Positions 1 through 13,800 of a stretch of DNA of 64,000 bases are shown in pieces (positions within the stretch are counted from its first letter, which is position 1; every line of letters starts with the position of its first letter). Location: NCBI GenBank assembly GCA_040954595.2, contig CM082576.2, forward strand, positions 10,109,129-10,173,128, given 5' to 3'. Under the pieces are notes generated by a model, which worked only from the letters and a program-made list of their open reading frames with translations, had not been told where the DNA came from and ran no database searches. A program made the position numbers and the translations under genes. The DNA is from Balanoglossus misakiensis (lineage: Eukaryota > Animalia > Hemichordata).

Positions 1-72
1 AATTTGCCCCCTTTAAAGTTAACATGTTGGAGAAATTCTCACTGCATAATGATCTGACCACATCTCTGTTAG

Positions 73-847
73 GTGCACGATGCTTACATCGAACTGGGTG
101 AATTGTTGGTGAAGACGGACCCTCTCAAGGCCGTGGATGTCTACGCCAAGTTTCCCTTCCCGGAGGGAGAGCCTTCCTTCGACGACGCCTACATCCACGG
201 CGAGATTGTGCGGCTGCTGATGAAGAAGGAACAGTTCGATGACCCCAGACTGGAGAAGTACATGATTGCCTGGGGGAGAGTCATGGGTATCGGTGAGTTG
301 GGGCAGGCTGCTTCTACACCTGTCACTGCCACAGTTTGGTGTGATCCCGTTGTTTTCACTGTGCATGGATCAATCCATTGACAGAGATATGAGGGTGGAA
401 GGGGCTACGAATGAGATGGAATCTTTAAAAAGAACGTGAATGCACTGCATGTTATGATACTGTTCAGAAGTGACAATACTGATTATGAACTATCACATGT
501 AGTATTCTATAACTTTTCATGGAATTAATGCAATACAGCAAGATTGTTTCATATGATTGCCCAAAAATTGAAACCAGTTCAAGTAAGAATTCAACAGTTT
601 ATATGAAATTAAGGTTTGTTTACTCAATTGGAAATATGAACACAGTTGGGCCATATCGCAGTGCACCAGTCTGTGAATCTTATATCTTGCTGTCTTTTTT
701 CCATCAGGTGCTCTTGAGAAGTATGTTGACATTCTGGATTCCAAGTTCAAGAGCAAGCTACTGATGAATGTCTATGCCGGGGTCAACAACAAAAGCCGTG
801 ATGATTCAGACATGCAGGCCTTCTTCAAATTTAAGATGTGGTTATGA
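73..847 (+). CDS. Last two coding exons of an uncharacterised helical (TPR-like) protein; gene starts upstream of the window
   Basis: Exon 73-292 (ag|VHDAYIELGELLVKTDPLKAVDVYAKF...RVMGI|gtgagt) splices in phase 1 to 708-847 (GALEKYVDILDSKFKSKLLMNVYAGVNNKSRDDSDMQAFFKFKMWL*). AYIELGELL resembles a TPR helix; family not recognised. Confidence 0.75.
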
Positions 848-2161
848 AGTGACCATGTCTTCGCTCTGAAGAGAGCGTCTTGAATCTGTCGTTAACAGCA
901 GAAATTGTGTGTTTATAACTAAGAATATTAACATGTGCAGATATGAGTGTGCTGTAGGGACGTACCATGTCCAGATTAGAGTGAGGTGTGAAGATTATTG
1001 GTCCATGACAGTCTCGTCTCTCCCTAGAGATTGATGTAGCCATGCCGAGATCGCAGAGTAGCGCGTAACTGAGATCAAGAAATGGTTATGCTGTCTATTA
1101 CCGATAAATATGCAGGTGTGGGGTGATTGCAGAGCCACATTCAAACTTTTTCTTGATCTGCACGAGTGGACATAAACATGCTAATGTGTGGCTGAAATTC
1201 ATCAGTGGGGGTCACTTTTGCAGAAGTATGCAAATACTAACTGATGAATTATTCAGGCTGTAGTTGAAAGGGGCGCGTGTTCTATGCATGCATGCGTAGG
1301 TAAAGAAGCAACATAATACAGATTTCTGTACTGCATGTTCTTGACAAGATGTACACAGGCTCCAGACGTACACAGGCCCTCATGGATGAAAAAATGACCA
1401 CTCGAACTAATGCTGCTCACAGATCCTGATATTGTAGCATAGTGGACATCTCATTTCTGACAAAAATAGAGATGTATGTACATGACATTACACATGTCAA
1501 CAAATGCTAGGCAAATGGCTGCAATTTCTGGAACTGCTTACAAACTTTCAAATTTCAAAATTGTGCGCCTCTGAAAGCCTCAAACTATGCAAATTATTTA
1601 CTATTAATTATTGTCAAGGAACATAACCTATACAATTTCTGATAAGAATTGATTGATGACCTCTGGTAAAGTATTCTTGTTTTCAATTTTCCGTCCAATT
1701 GACTTAGTGTGGTTGAAAATTGTTTCCGTTCAATAATTTAATGTAGAGGAATAACTTTCGATGAGATACACAAATGAAGCAAAAGTTTCTGAACATTCCA
1801 ATGAACTCAAGCAAGAACAAGTGATGTAGATTTCTATTTTAATACATTTAACATTGCTCAAGTTTTACTGAATACAGTTATTTTGTGTGTGCTCTCTCAG
1901 TTCTGACTAAAAATGTTGAATCATCCACGACTATACCGCCTCATAAACTTAAAGATAAACCACAAAAAGGCCTTTGATTGATGCCTGTGTGCAAGTATTA
2001 CTTTTTGCCACTTGGGGGCGCTCTCCACGATCTTCAAGTCACTTTTTCATGTCGTTCCACGACGCATCCATCTATTAACACTGATTTTGTTTTGCTTCGT
2101 AAATGCTTGAAGCACAACAATAACTTGGGCCGGTAAAATAATTGTTTCCAGTAAGCGTTGA

Positions 2162-2234
2162 AGCCTCAGATGGGGGTCGAACCCATGATCTTCGGTTTAC
2201 GAGACCGACGCCTTAGCCACTTGGCCACTGAGGC
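2162..2234 (-). tRNA. tRNA-Thr (anticodon CGT)
   Basis: Reverse complement GCCTCAGTGGCCAAGTGGCTAAGGCGTCGGTCTCGTAAACCGAAGATCATGGGTTCGACCCCCATCTGAGGCT: acceptor stem GCCTCAG/CTGAGGC, anticodon stem TCGGT/ACCGA with loop CT-CGT-AA, GGTTCGA T-loop, A/B boxes, TTTT run about 25 nt downstream. Confidence 0.95.
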
Positions 2235-2484
2235 GGTTGCTGGAAGATTTTGTGAGGAAAAAATACGTACAGACACTGGTTGTTAAATTCACCGTTCACC
2301 CACTGATTTATTTAGCATTTTGCTGAGCCATTCATGATAAAAGGCAATGAAGCCACAGGAAAGAAAATGAAACAATCTTTTCCAGCAATACAATTCCGAA
2401 GTAAGTAATTTGCTAACAATTGCCGCTCTATAACGTCTTTCAAAAATTATTCCATAGCCACGAACTGTGCGCGTTTTGTACCAT

Positions 2485-5400
2485 CTACAACGACGTATCA
2501 CCATAATAATCTGGGTTTGAACCAACTATTCCTGGTGTGGATGCTTGTCTTCCCGGTACATTACGAACTTTTTGCTGGTATTCGTTAACTTCGCGAGGAT
2601 CTTCATTATCCTGTTCGGCCTGCAAGTGTCCGCTTCTGGTCTTCCACTTCGATTGTCTAATTAGATGCAAAGACGCAAAGAACGAAATCAGATAAATCTC
2701 AGCAGATATTTTTGTAACGGCTGCTGTTATTGTTGCCAAATGAATTCAAGTCTTGACTTCACGCAATTGGCGGAACCTTCTCCCGTTGAAGCATTTTTCT
2801 CTTCGATCTGTTGCGATACCTACCGTACACATCTTGCCAGCAGCAGAGGGTGGACATACTTGATGTTTCCCCTGCGAACACAAAAGTTGATGACCTCGCT
2901 GCCCAAAATGCTAACCAGTATGGTGATGGTCGCGCCGTAAGCGGCGTACATCAAAAAGGAAAGCTGAAACAGAAACGAACTTGAGTATACGAAAAAAATA
3001 TTTATACATATTTACTAACATGTTCTGAAAACGATGAAATATTTTCTAAACATAAAACCGAACTTAACACGTGCTATTCGTACCCGGTTAAAGCTGCGAC
3101 TGCTGATGGTCGTAAGCATCCGAAACGTTCTAAAATCTAATCCTTTTTTTTATTTTAAAAATCATACATCATCATATTTCTGCCTCACCCTGTATATGGC
3201 GGGAACTTCTCCAGATGCACCAGGGTGAGCGTACGCCCCAAGGGAAACCCATAACCCGAATCCGAATCCGAGAAGAGTTCCAAGTAGTGTTTCACTGAAA
3301 ATGTACACCGAAATTTATGATAAGCAATGAGGCTAATCGTAAAATTGAGTTAATTAATCTTTTAGAATTACTGAACACAACTCTCAGATGAGGCAGAGCA
3401 CGAGGATTCATTGAAATTCGAAATTGCGCCGCAAATGCCAAATCGATGCCACTTACATCCCGTGGGCTCTCCTGTACAACATTCCAACGCCAAACGTGGC
3501 GATGATCGGCCCTCCAGTGACGCCGAAGATTGTCGAGGCGAGGACTAACAGACTTCCCACACGAACCACCAGGAAACCCACCCCAATGCCCGCCATGCCA
3601 TACACGCAAGCTGTGGGAATCAACAAGAACGAATGCAAACGTCGAGAAAGAAGAGCATTTGTGATGTTGTTACGGACTTGTTGTGAGGTAGTGGGCCTAC
3701 ACACCACAAAAAATTAAAACTTTCCTCATATTTTGCTCAAGGCAAATTAAGATTCTTCACTTTCAAATCTGAAAACTCACCGAATAAAAAAACAGACAAG
3801 AGATTTGTACGTACAGAAAATTGTTTCTATGATCGTACCACCACTTTAGCGACAAAAATTTTTTTTCGGCATATCGCGATAAATTTACTGACAATTCGCG
3901 ATGACCATCATAGCAATCAGTTTTGTACTGTTTGTAGGTTAGTTAAACCAACGTTATTCCACAACTGAACAAATTACACTTACTCAAAATTTTTGAAACG
4001 ATGGTGTCACGTTCGTCGTTTTCATATACCGTCCTCCCTGGTTTACGTCCCCTCCACTTCCGGTAGGTTTTGATGAAATCTTCCAGAGTGACAGCGGTCA
4101 TCGCGTTCAAAGACGACGACGCCGAACTGTGAACACATTATTTCGATAATATTGAAGACATAAGTGATGACGACGCCGAACACTATCATTGAGGACGTCA
4201 AATTTGAATATTAAGGACATTGTTCTTATTAATGGGCACGTATTACATAAGACACAAACTGATGGGACAAAACTGCAGGTGCAGTTATTCGTGGATCAAT
4301 CATAAATGCGAGGGCACGTGGGACGATATAGGCTCTACTTAGTACTTAGTCTAGCCACGGCCACCGTGGTCTAGCCCGATGTCGTAAGTTGATGTTACTT
4401 TATCTTTACCTCAGGGTTCCCGCGAAGAGACCAGCGATGAACAGTCCCTGGATTCCTGGTATCTCACCTAACTGGGAACTCACGAAATATACCAAAATCT
4501 GTGGGGAAGACAAGTCGTCGTCAATTGTATACAGTACCCGCCTGATCAACGTGTTTATTGCCAGGGATCTACCCAATCATGAATTACTAGTACCTTCTGC
4601 CTCTGACAACGGTATTTGTCTGTGTATCACAAACCACAAAACTCGCATATGAACCAAACGATGATGCGACACGAATGAATTGACACAAGATGGAACAAAC
4701 AAATTACCTGGTCGGCAGTGCTGAAGTTTGGTGCATACCTTGAATCAGTGTCGCCAGTCGGCAGGAGATCTGTCAATGAGACGAAAAATGATTAATTTTG
4801 AACGATTTAACGCAAATATACTTTGCCCGCGCGCGACCATCAGCAAATTTTAGGTTATTTAGAACTAAAAAATGAGAAAGACGAGTTATGCCCTATACCT
4901 TACCGTACATTACAGTAGCATTGATAGCAGGCTGAAGGGGAGTGGGGTTATCTGAAACAAAAAAAACACACGATACAATATAAAGTTTGGTGAATCTTAA
5001 ATGTCTTAGTGGTGTCTGGGACAATAGAAAAGTGTATGTGCTTATAACAATGTTATGGTTTACTTTTAATTCAACTGGCCAAACTCCATCATTTCCCAAA
5101 TTTGTCCGTCTGAAAACGTCCCAGTAATTCTATCATGTAGAGTCAAGACTTACTGTTGTAAAAGGCGAAAAGAACCTGTCCAGTAAAACACAAGGCGATG
5201 ATAACAAAGTACAAGAGAGGCAAGTTCAACAGCAAGCTTCTGCAAAATAAGAGGTCATTAGGAAAGTTAGTCATCTTCCAGTTTATGAACACAACCGATA
5301 ATAAGTAGATCAAACTTTTTTTTCCCGCTCATTATGCTCCGGCCGACCACGATGTTGGCGCCAACAAGGATATAAAAATCTCTACCGGTGTGACTCACGC

Positions 5401-7635
5401 TTGAGACTGTTTTACTGAAGGTAGAGTCATGTATCGCTGAACGGCCGTCTGGCTGACGAACGAGGGGCTGTAAGTGAAGACGGCGCCGATCAGAGTGGTG
5501 AAGACAGTAAGCCGTCGAGTGGGATCGAAGTCAAAGCTGTAGCATAAAATGAAGAAAGACGTAAAAGAACGAAGCAGGACAAACAAAACAAACAAACGAA
5601 CCAACCAAGAACGAGTGAGTAAGTGAGTGAGAGAGTGACTGACTGGATGAATGAATGAATGAATGAATGAATGAATGAATGAATGAATGAATGAATGAAT
5701 GAATGAATGAATGAATGAATGAATGAATGAATGAATGAATGAATGAATGAAGGGGATTGGACACAACACTCAAATGTTTGTAAATGTCATAGAGTGAGAC
5801 TTCACATTTCACTTTTTGTATCCATCTTTAAAAAGTGAAAAACTTTGAACAGGTATAATACAACAAAATCTACTCCTTCATTTAAGCTTGGATGTATTTT
5901 ACTTGAGTGACACAGAATGCAAATGAAGTTCACCTGGCACCATTCAGCCGGCGTCCATTCTCGGAATTAACTCTGATCACTTCGTCCATCCCACCGGCTT
6001 TCATCACTGCAATGACGATCACTGCCACTATGGTTCCAATCATCACGAAGAACTGGAAGACATCAGTCCATATCACCCCTTTCATTCCGCCCTGTTATAA
6101 AAAGCAATTTTTAAATTTATTTTATTAATAATCAAACACTTACTGTCAGTGATAAAATATCAAACAACATGCTATCTGGGTTTCACTTTACTTGCTCTCC
6201 ATGAAAAATATAGTTTGTGCAAGGCAACTTACGAGCGTAGTGTACGTGGTACACAGCACTCCAGTTATGACGATAGTTTTCCAGACTTCAAAACCGATGA
6301 CTATAAAGAAAGAAATAATAAAGGAGTAAAAATTAAATTCAAGATTAAATAAAAGATTGTTTCAACGACATCTTACAGGCTAAAACAACAAATTCCAAAA
6401 GTTTTCTGTTAAAACTTCGGCAACACGAGCTCACATGTAGAAGCTTGTAACATCATATATGGCCATTCACAAACTACTGTGAGTCTGTGTGGTGCGCACA
6501 TGTTTAAAATTACCTGCTTCTATTGCCAGTGCTGGTCCAATCAGACAGGCTGCTATGTAAAACACCGACTGAAGCATAAAAATCGTAGCAACGAGGATTC
6601 GGAGGGCGAAGTTGAAACGTAGTTCCATGTACTGGAAATTCAAAATAATTATATTTTATCGACAAATGCTGTGCCTCTGTGGGATTCACGTGGAGACAAA
6701 TAAGAGGGCAAAAGAAAGTTATCCACATTTGTTGATAATGATAGTCAGGAAAGTATATTAATTAAATATCACGGGAAACCCACTGTCCGATAGTTCCTTG
6801 TTATTCGCTTATTTCCCTCCACCCCTCCTTCTCATCCCTCCCCCATCTCTCCCCATACATAGTGAGTTTATTAATTACTAATACCTCATAGACGCTGGTC
6901 AACGTAATGTCATGAAATACGGGAACAAATATGTATGCCACCAAGGGTATATGCACAAGTCCGGCGGACAAAGTCTGCACATATCCGATGCCATGTACGA
7001 AGACTTCTGCTGGTGTGCCCATCATAGCTATTGGTGACGTGAACGACACCAAGATTGACATAGCAACGGGTAAATAATGCATTTTTCTATCGGCCAGGAG
7101 GTATCTGCGGATATCGAAGAAAAAAAACGACGTACTGAATTATCAGCACCGTCAGAATTATTTTATAACTCCCCATGTTTTGCACGGGGCCAAAATTAGA
7201 AAACACTGAACAGAATCATAAAAGGTCTCTGTACTTTTTTTTATTTACACGGTGTAGTAGCATTGGTCAACTTTTCGCGACGGGAATTTTGGTTCGTGAA
7301 ATCGATTTTCTGTCATTTTTATTACGCTATATAGTATAATAGCGATATATATCAATCGCGAGACTAGGGGACAATGGTAAAATCGATTTCCTGTTGGCAT
7401 ATCGTTTTTCAAGGTGACGGGGCGAGAGAAACCCGTCCAAATGATTTATCGCCAGTTGTTTGCCGGGTTGCGTTTGTTCTTACGTATAGGACTAAACCGA
7501 CCTGGACGTGGAGTGTTGGCCTCCTTTAGCAAAACCATGGTAGATGCCCGTCAGCGTGGAAATCGCTAACATTCCACCGAACACCACGTAGTCCCAGACG
7601 CCGAAGGGAATCGGATCATTGGAATAAGAAGACAT
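2485..7635 (-). CDS. SLC5 sodium:solute symporter (SLC5A5/A6/A8/A12 clade; sodium-coupled monocarboxylate/multivitamin transporter-like), ~15 exons
   Basis: Spliced translation: ...FGVWDYVVFGGMLAISTLTGIYHGF..RYLLADRKMHYLPVAMSILVSFTSPIAMMGTPAE..YMELRF..GGMKGVIWTDVFQ..SQTAVQRYMT..DQILVYFV..PGIQGLFIAGLFAGTLSSASSSLNAM..GGPIIATFGVGM..; C-terminus DTSL (class I PDZ-type). First exon 7635-7502; last exon ends at stop 2485; GT/AG junctions. Confidence 0.92.
5646..5751. repeat. (GAAT)n microsatellite in SLC5 intron
   Basis: About 25 consecutive GAAT/ATGA units; source of the spurious HSFI-repeat ORFs. Confidence 0.97.
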
Positions 7636-10600
7636 GGTCAGTCTAGGCTGGGCATACTATGGTATGATTAACAGAATCTGCAAGTTTTAAAAAAAGGAAG
7701 ATTTTACACAAAGACGACAAAATAACTGCATAAGAAGGTCGTATGTGAGGGACTGTGGTTGTAGTGATGAAGGCAAACGTATTATTAAAGGTGACTAATT
7801 ATCAATGGTCACGTAACTATTTACATGTATTTAAAAAACATCAAACATTTATCTGGCCGGCCAGTAGTTTCAGTGCAGACTGTGTGTTATCATTTTCATG
7901 ATTTGGCACTTTCCAAAAAAGTTTAATTTGCTCGCGGTAATGCATTTCTATTTTAAATGTTCTTCTCTTTTACTGAACCCAGTTGAACGCAATATTTAGT
8001 ACGATGTATGAGTTTAGCCACACGTCACACCACGGCTTTCAAGCGCTAGAACTTTCCTCTCATTTGGATAAAAAAAATAGATCCCGCAACTAATATTGAC
8101 TGATGCATCTAATGGAACCAAAAAGTAGTCTGAAAAGTAAGCAAAAGCCATTTGAAAATCGTGAAGTCGTATACTCACCCAGGTCCTTAGACTTACTGCC
8201 AGTTTATACAACAGCTACGGATCAAATCAACCGTCACCTGAACTTTAATCTAGTCCAAAAGTTAGGGAGTGGTCATGGTCTCCAGCCCCGGGGGGGGGGG
8301 GGGGGTTAGTGAATCTCGATGATGTGGACAAAAGGAAATGAAAGAAAATGACCAGTCCCTTATGCCAAATGCGGACTACGGTACACTTACTACTATGTAT
8401 ATAATGTATTCTATAAAACCAATGGCTTTATCACAGCCTTGTGTAACTACAGCCTATAGTATCAAAACCATACCGGTCACCATCACAAATAACTTGTTCT
8501 ATCGCCTGTGGCTCATTCACACAACTCAACAGCTATCACCTTGGAAAAAAAGACCTTTATTTGCGAAAAAAATGCATTTTTGGTACATTATATGAAATCC
8601 GTTCTTTTCCAGTAACAATAGGTCATCCAAGGAATAAATGTATAAAATAGTAATTCAGTTCAAACTAATTATGTACAGGTACGGTAATACATGATCTCTC
8701 TCTTGTTTTGTTGGTGGTTAGAATTTCAACAACACAGTAATTTTGCAGAAAGCCATTGAACTACACCTATCTAGCAGACACCTACAGAATCCCAATGCAA
8801 AGCTATAAATATGGCCGCTTGGCACAGCAAGAAGTGTCTTAACGACAAAACAAATTGTCTTTTTACATGAACTTTGATTGACCCAACACCTTTGTACTGA
8901 TATCAAACAGACTTTAAGGTAGTACGTGCCCCAGGGACAGAGTTTTAAGGAAAATATCAGTCCTCCAATCTTTTCAATTCGTTGCTTTATTAATGAGGTA
9001 CATGTACTGGGATTTAAAGGAAGTCCTGAGGCAGCAAAATTATTTTTTTCTCCTTTTTTATCAATAATATGTACAAGCTGCATGGTTACATGCAAGCGGC
9101 TGGTGAAAGCTGCACCCTACTGTTTTGCTGAATTTATACTGCCTTTCATACTGGATATCTTACAGCTTCTGAAACGAGCAGCAGACTGAATATCTGCTGG
9201 CGACATTCGTTTCAATATCAATCTGATTAACAATTGATCAAAAATGGATACAGAATTCACGCATTAGAGGGCACACCATGGTAAACCACTTATTTTAACT
9301 TTCAAACCAAGGATCTTTGACAACATATGTATCAAAGTACAGCGCCAATGATAGTACACCTTTAAACATTTGCACCATGATGCTCCAGTTACCTATGATC
9401 TCAGTTACAAGCCAGGGTTAAAGGCAATTCTAATCACAGAAAGCATGGTCATGAAAATCAAAGATCTAATTGAAAATTAATGACCCTCAAATCCACCAGA
9501 AAGCAAAATGATGATGAATATTTACACAGCGTAATTAAATTACTTTTTACCACCTTTTAAAAATATTATACTCTTTCATCCCCCCTCACTGGCTGTGAAC
9601 TCTATTGCACTGCTGAGGGAACTTGCAGGCATGAGGCTGTGAAATTAATAATCCACAGCAAGGGAGGGAGCGTGAAAGAGTCTAAGAAAAATATCTTCTC
9701 ATTTTTATAATAAATAAGGATGGAAACACACATGTATTGATAAAAAGATGGCTGGATTATCACAATCTAGTTAATGGTAGCAATCTGGGGCAATTGTCAT
9801 TAGATTTTGGCCACGGCCAGAAGCAAGTTACAACTTCACTCCTCATAATGTTTACACAGGAATTCATTCTCTGAGTGTGTTTTGCTGATTATAAAACATT
9901 TGGGAAATACTTGGAAAAAATTCATTGAAAAAATCAACATACAAGCAGTATCAACGAGCATACCTTGTTATGACTGACCTATAAAACCTATGTATGGAGT
10001 TAGGAAAACAATTGTTTCTGTTTTTTAAAAAAACTTTCAAGTAGCGCATGCATGAATATTATTGTCTGAATACAACTGACACAAATGTTGCAAAAGTAAG
10101 TACAGGAGCAGCAGGCAAACTGAGTTTGGGCATTTGACAGATGCCGACACAGAATTCTAACATCTGGTCTGATTACATTTATGCAGCGTAATTGCAAAAG
10201 GGAACCGATCACTCTGATGACAAACAGGCTGAGTGCCAAAATAATTTTGTCTGCCTTTGACTATGTTACAACTCTGTGAAAAAAAATGATTATAAAACGT
10301 AAAGAGACTGGAAAAGAATTATGCTGGACAACTGTTGCATTGGACGCTTGGCACCAGCACAAGACATGATTATGTTTTTTCCAAGTTCATCTGATACTTA
10401 ATTATGACACTCTGTGAGTACATTATTACAATCACAGAAGTGATTTGGGTTGAGTATACTGAGCTGCATTGTGATTTGCTGAAAAAACATGAGAGTTTGC
10501 TTCGGTTTTGAGTGCAGAAAAGCTGACACTGCCACAAAAGCGTGAAAATTGCCATGTCGCATACTGAAGGCCACACACACGTCATTACAGCAGTCAGCAA

Positions 10601-10816
10601 GGTCAGAAGTTGCAGTGGGCTCTGCAGGAAGCTTTAGCAGTAAAATCCGGCACTCAAGATTGGGTCTTCCAGTGATGGTCCTGTTAAATTAGTCTGACAG
10701 TGTCGCTAGATACACACACATGTAGTCCAAACGCTAGTCGGAAACACAGAAGAAAGTCACCACAAGTATTTTTCTACATGTATCTTCCACAAAACGAACA
10801 GGGTAGCTGAGATTCT

Positions 10817-13800
10817 TCAGATGAGTCCTCGCTTCTTCTTGTACTCTTCCAGGTTGAGCGACCTTCTTGGCGTGCCGTCTTTTCCCTGGTTTGCTGGTTT
10901 TGGAACTGTTAATGGACGCGAATCTACACAAAAAGTATTACACAGGTTATTACAGATTGCGCATTTCTGATTAGATGAACGAGAACCAAGGTTGTCCCAA
11001 CAGAGTATTAAATAGCAATATATTCTTGTGTGCCCACCACATTTTTTTTGTCCCACTTCCTACAGCAATTGCAATCACAATAAAACAGCCCACATGAGTT
11101 ACTAACTGCACACAAAACAGCTAAAAAGCCAGCTTTTTAAAAATACAGACCAAAGTATGATCATCAAAAATATAAGAAGAAGAACTCAATGTTGTATTTT
11201 ACCTCCAAGGGGTACATCCAAGTCTATTTTGATATCAAAATCGTGTGCTTCAAAGAGATCTTCAGATATTCTCCTTTCTGGCAGTGGAGCTGCTGACTTA
11301 CTTGCAGACGATCCCTCGACGAGAGATAAGATGTCCAAATCCTGCAAAGTCAGTGAAATGGGTGATTGTCCAAAGTGATAAATGTTGGGTTTCAAACACT
11401 CTACTTACATTATGTTGAAGAATACTGATACCAGGTTAGTTTATCTGACTGAAGTCACTTAGCTTTATATGACAAATGTATCACAAATTCCTAAGCATGA
11501 TATATCATGAACTTTTTCACTTACACCTTCAGATTCAGACGTCTTTGCTTCTTTCTTCCGATTCTCGATTTCCTGTTGAGCTTGCAGCTGTTTGAGGAGT
11601 TCCATGGATGCCTGCTGTTCTCTGGTCTGCAATAAAAAAAAAAAAAACCCATCAGCTGGCCAATAATTGTTCAGGAAATACTCTACTGGACATTAATTGT
11701 CTAAACAACACAGATCATCATCATGGAAATCATTCTGTTGACTGCTTTTTAGCCGAATTATAGTCAAGAATACAGTATGTACATACAATGCATATTTGCT
11801 ATTACAACACACTACAACAGAATACAACATACATGTACTAGTAATCTAATACAAATTTGCACACACATACACATATGAAACTGTAACACACAAGCTGGAT
11901 TCTATAAACGTGCAGAGCAAACACTGCCAACCTTGGTGACAAGCTGTGGCCTGGACTTTCTTCTGGTGAAGGGATCTGCTTTGGCATTCACTGACTCTTT
12001 AATCTCTTCCGCCATGGCTATCTCAGCTTCCTTGATATTTCGAGCCCTGTTCCTCTGATTAATATAACTGAACAGAGAGAAAAATAAAAAATAAAATCTC
12101 GTAAAAAAATCAGCCAAAGCAATGCTGGCTGAGCATTGATGATATGATGCAATTAGCCAGTCTCACATCAAGGCAACCTGTGAATATTAAGTGTTGATGC
12201 AAGATGCAAAGAATTCTGTATCCAGTTCCTATTACATATAATCATCAAACCATACCTTATGGCACTGATATTTTTGCTTCTCTGTTTATCAAGCTCTTCT
12301 GCTCGTTCTTCCAACTCTTCTAATTCTTTGGCGTACTGGTGTGCTACTTCACTATCTCCCTGCTGTTCTGCCTCATCCTTTGAATGTCAAAAAAAAAAAA
12401 GAATAAACATGGTTGGACTCAGAGGAACAGTCAACTCTAATTTACCTTGAAATAAAATTCTCTTACAAAGACATTTAGCGTGATCTACTCACCCTTTTCT
12501 TCATGAGGTCCGTCTTCCTCATGGCATAGTTTCGCGGAGTCTTCCTAAACTTCTGTTTTTCTTTAACAATCTGTTCCATTATTAGACATGCAAGAAAACA
12601 GAGGTAATATTGCACACAAACTACGAAATCACACTGTAGAAAACATGACATTTAATACAGAGAGTACAATCACATTTGAAATACCTGGTCGCACGCAAGA
12701 AAAAAAAATGTCAGCACATGCCAACTTGCTACTATAGTACTAATAAACAACAGCCATCACTCCAGAGCCAAAAAGGAAGAAGATTATGGAAACTGAAAAT
12801 TCTGAATCAAAGAACAGACCACATCATTACACGCTCTGAACAGCAAATCTTTACCTGTTCTACGTCCTCTTCTTTAAAATTATATTTCACAGCACTTTGT
12901 AGTTCACGGTATTTGTTGTCAATCTCTTCCCGCGTCGGTAGCTGAAGACCACTCAACATCATCTGCATTGACAGCGGAAATACACATAAAACAGTTGTAC
13001 AGTAGAGATGAGAGTTTATCTATTTTTTTGTCCCCCACAACGGAAAGTATCAAACCTAGACATCAGACACACCCGATGATCATGTAGATAATTTTTGTGA
13101 CAGTTGAACACGACCAGAAAATAGACACTCAGGCACAACCCAAAATACATTTTGCAATTGCATTGTAAACTTGAGTGTTTTATGGCAGTGAAAGCTAAAG
13201 ACCAATCACTGATGAAATACATAGGTATTCATGATCACAGATATCTCCTAGAATTATTTTACCTCTTCTTTCCATTTGAAAAACTCTGATTCTGTGATAT
13301 CTTGGTTGGACACAAATTCTAATCGGAACACTCTTTCTTGTGTCCCGTGTCTGAAAGGGAAAATACAAACTACATTAGATTTTCTCATTCGAGGGATCTG
13401 TTCTTCTCCATGAGCTCCACACATTGATCATTTGACACTCTTTCTGGGCAAACCACCTGATTTGCAGGGTGGTCAGAAGTTACACATTGGTGAGTAATGA
13501 TCTGCCTTCCCAGTCTAAATCAGACTTGTTTTTTAAACCCACCAATAATTCCAAGTCAGTGGGCACTTGTGTGTTGAACTGCACACTGTACATTATGTAA
13601 AAACACAAAGTCTTCTGGTTACTCACCTTAATCTGAGACCTTTGTTAGTTTTTGTACTCCCGAGGCTGTAAATTTTGGCAGTTTCTACAACATCTGTGAT
13701 TTCTCCCACCTTAGATAAAAAAAAATAAACATACAAGTCATATAAACTCAAGAAGCTGCTTAGTCTTCACATGGGGTGGAAAGAACATGTTCTCTTTTGC

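Noticed and set aside
4114-4182. Short direct repeat gacgacgccgaac across an SLC5 exon boundary
   Set aside because: 13-bp local duplication without an intact acceptor; no functional implication supportable.
5395-5812. HSFI-repeat ORFs
   Set aside because: Read-through of the (GAAT)n microsatellite; only ~5538-5399 is a real SLC5 exon.
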